A stretch of DNA of 64,000 nt from the NCBI RefSeq assembly GCF_006345805.1, contig NC_043015.1, positions 48,980,001-49,044,000 on the forward strand. The letters are read 5' to 3'. Numbering within the stretch: position 1 is the first letter of the stretch; every line of letters begins with the position of its first letter. Of this stretch, positions 61,395-64,000 are shown piece by piece. The notes beneath the pieces are model-generated. The model made no database searches, had not been told where the DNA came from, and saw nothing but the letters and a program-made list of their open reading frames with translations. The position numbers and the translations under genes were made by a program. The DNA is from Octopus sinensis. Lineage: Eukaryota.

Positions 61395-61720
61395 TATGTA
61401 CATACATACATATATATGTATATATACATGCATATATGGGCACAGGACGTAAAAAAAACATAGACAAAATGCAAAACGAGAACATAAAAACAAAAACATA
61501 GAAACACGGAGCAGATGAAACAGGGACAACCGAAAAAAGGGGAATATTCTTTATGTTGTATGTCTCGTTTCTGTTTTTTTTCGTTGTTTGAAAAAAGTTT
61601 GTTTCTATGTTTTTGTTTTTATGTCTTCGTTTCTCATTGTGTTCAACGTTTTTTTGATGTCCTGTACCCATATATGCATGTATATATACATATATATGTG
61701 GGTATGTACATACATGTATG
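61395..61720. repeat. Imperfect inverted repeat, ~110-bp arms
   Basis: CATGCATATATGGGCACAGGAC..AAAACATAGAAAC / GTTTCTATGTTTT..GTCCTGTACCCATATATGCATG. Confidence 0.8.
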
Positions 61721-61791
61721 TATATATGCATATATTTATATATTATTTATATTATTATATGATCGAATGCCACGCATCCTTTTCCAAGTAC

Positions 61792-61829
<38 letters not shown>

Positions 61830-62105
61830 GCATACACACACACATATATATTTACACATATATACACACATACACACACACATGTAAGTGGACAAGCAAA
61901 GTGACACTCCACACATTTCATGAGTTATTTAATAACAGTTTGACTCGTTTCCATAGAGCTTAACTTTTTTCTGGGTTTGTAAGACAGTCGCAAGGAACTG
62001 AATCACACTAATTAAATAATAAATTATAGACATGTGTGTGTGTGTGTGTGTGCAAAACCATATTTGACTATCATTCAAGATGCCAAAAAACATGTGCAGA
62101 CAAGC

Positions 62106-62195
62106 ACTAGTTGACATCATACTAGTTGACATCATACTAGTTGACATCATACTAGTTGACATCATACTAGTTGACATCATACTAGTTGACATCAT
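62106..62195. repeat. Perfect 6 x 15-bp tandem repeat ACTAGTTGACATCAT
   Basis: Direct reading. Confidence 0.97.
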
Positions 62196-62649
62196 AACAC
62201 TATCAACAATACTTTTGGAAGAAGAAGAATATTTCTGAAGACTGACTTTGATTATTCAGTCTCAAGAAAATAATGTTGAGCATTGGTTAATGAAAGGTGT
62301 TGTGGACATTAGATACAGCAGGGCAAGTAACTTGCTATACTTCACATTTAAAGAACAGCGTCTTTCTTAGAGAAAAGCTAAGTAAAAAAAAAAAAAAAAA
62401 AAACCTTCATTGAAGTATTCAAATACTTGAAATAGAAAAGAAGCAGTTATTTAAAAAATAATTCAGATTTATTGGGGAAAAACAAAGATCTACAAATTGA
62501 TAAATGTTTCATTTGCTGTTAATTAATAGACAGGTGTTGTAAATTGGAATAAAAAAATTAAGTGAAACAATAGAATTTTACTTCTCTCTCTGAATGTATG
62601 TATAATTTGTAATCCTGTTTTGGATGAGTCAATTTGTAAATGAGGTATA

Positions 62650-63080
62650 TATAACCTGCTGGGTATAGATGTAACTGAATAATGCAGGTTGCTGAACACA
62701 GATGGAACTCAACAATACAGATAGCAGAGTAATCTAGACGTAACTGAGTAATAAAGCCTGCTGAGTAGAATAGATGCCATTGAGTAACACAGCCAGCTGA
62801 GTAGTACAATCTGCTGAGTAGCTAAGCAATGCAGGCAGTTGAGTATAGATGTCACTGAATAATATTATATAGCCTGCTGAGTCCAGATATAACTGAGTAA
62901 TACAACCTGTTGAGTATAGATGTGATTGAGCAATACAGCTAGCTGAACACTGAGGGGATTCAATAATACAGCCTGCTGAGTATAGAGATGTGTAGTACAA
63001 CCTGCTGAGTATAGACGGAACTCAATAATACAACCTACTGAGCCACAGTGCAACTGAGTAATATAGCCTGTTGAGCAGAA
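62650..63080. repeat. Degenerate ~33-bp minisatellite, about 13 copies
   Basis: Consensus near TACAGCCTGCTGAGTATAGATGTAACTGAGTAA. Confidence 0.85.
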
Positions 63081-63929
63081 AATTCAGAACTGTTCAGTTT
63101 TCACAGACGATTCACTTAGTTATTGCTTTTAAACAGCAATAAGCTTCAGTGATCCTCACTGGTGGTGGTCGTGGGTGAAGTTAGCTCTTAACAAATACAC
63201 TGACCCAAACGATAACTGGATCATTTTTTCACTGTTATTTTAGGGGGGACGCCATCCCGCCCTCATAACAATGATAACAAAATATACCATGCTGTTACTA
63301 CAAGACAAATATGATAGAATGGAGTCGTCGACAGACTTTGCTAATGTGTATCTGAGTGCTTGCATGTGTGTGTGTGTGTGTGTATGTCTTTGATGAAACT
63401 AAGAAAAAAAAACCACTTAAAAAACCCTCTCCCTGGCATTTATGAGAAACCTCTGTGCATCAGTTCAATGGCTAAGCTGAGAAAGCTGATGTTGTGGGCT
63501 TGGTGTGAAATGTAGACAATCCACGTCTATAATTATTATTATTATTATTGTGAAATGCAGACAATCCACGTTCTATATTAATTGTGGGTCGGTAAGTAGT
63601 TAGTATTGCTGATAATTCAAGAAAATAGTGTTGCTTAGAAAAGAGGCACTACAATGGAAGATAGAGCCAGCTGAAATGAGAAGATGAAAGACAACAAAAA
63701 CAAAAAAAACCATTTCATTTTCGGCCACTGCTTCCAGATGCTCCCGTTGAGTTTCGCAACTTGTCTACAATGTTACACAACTTTAGAACAGGTCCTAGTT
63801 TCAATCCCAAGTATTTCATCATCATATCGCTGTTGAGCAACAGGAGGGCTTTACCATCAATTTCCTACAAGAAACAAACAAAACCAGGTATTAAACCAAT
63901 GAAAATAGCAACAAAATGAGACAAAAGAA

Positions 63930-64000
63930 AATCATCATCATCGTTTAACTTTTGTTTTCCATGCTAGCATGGGTTGGATGGTTCAACTGGGGTCTGGGAA
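63930..64000 (-). mobile_element. 3' end of a (ATG)n-tailed retroposon running off the window
   Basis: (ATC)n then GTTTAAC..TTTTCCATGCTAGCATGGGTTGG. Confidence 0.5.

Overview
AT-rich eukaryotic DNA dominated by repeats. The SINE families, the (TG)n/(TATG)n/(TA)n microsatellites and the LINE relics look like an octopod (Octopus) genome; this is recognition from sequence, not a database result. Nearly all ORFs in the supplied track are translations of microsatellites or SINEs. Mobile DNA present: about 40 tRNA-derived SINE copies in at least 5 families, relics of RTE, CR1, RLE-type and Penelope retroelements, a Gypsy gag-protease-RT relic, an LTR with a tRNA-Trp primer site, mariner/pogo/hAT MITEs, and a GGATCT-ended MITE family with 8-bp TSDs (Merlin-like). 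Small islands of unique DNA carry canonical + strand splice signals. Five of them join in phase into an uninterrupted ~156-aa C-terminal gene fragment of unknown identity, including 28-nt and 14-nt micro-exons. The strongest observations are: (i) an intact minimal type I hammerhead ribozyme at 41075-41125 (-) and a U4C variant at 19847-19881; (ii) two MITE copies at 33038-34393 whose TSDs are cross-swapped, indicating inversion of the 116 bp between them; (iii) a SINE whose TSDs usually begin GGT(A/T), a motif it also carries internally, which would explain its one-head/many-body multimers; (iv) a 22-bp minisatellite with a 328-bp higher-order repeat just after the candidate stop codon.
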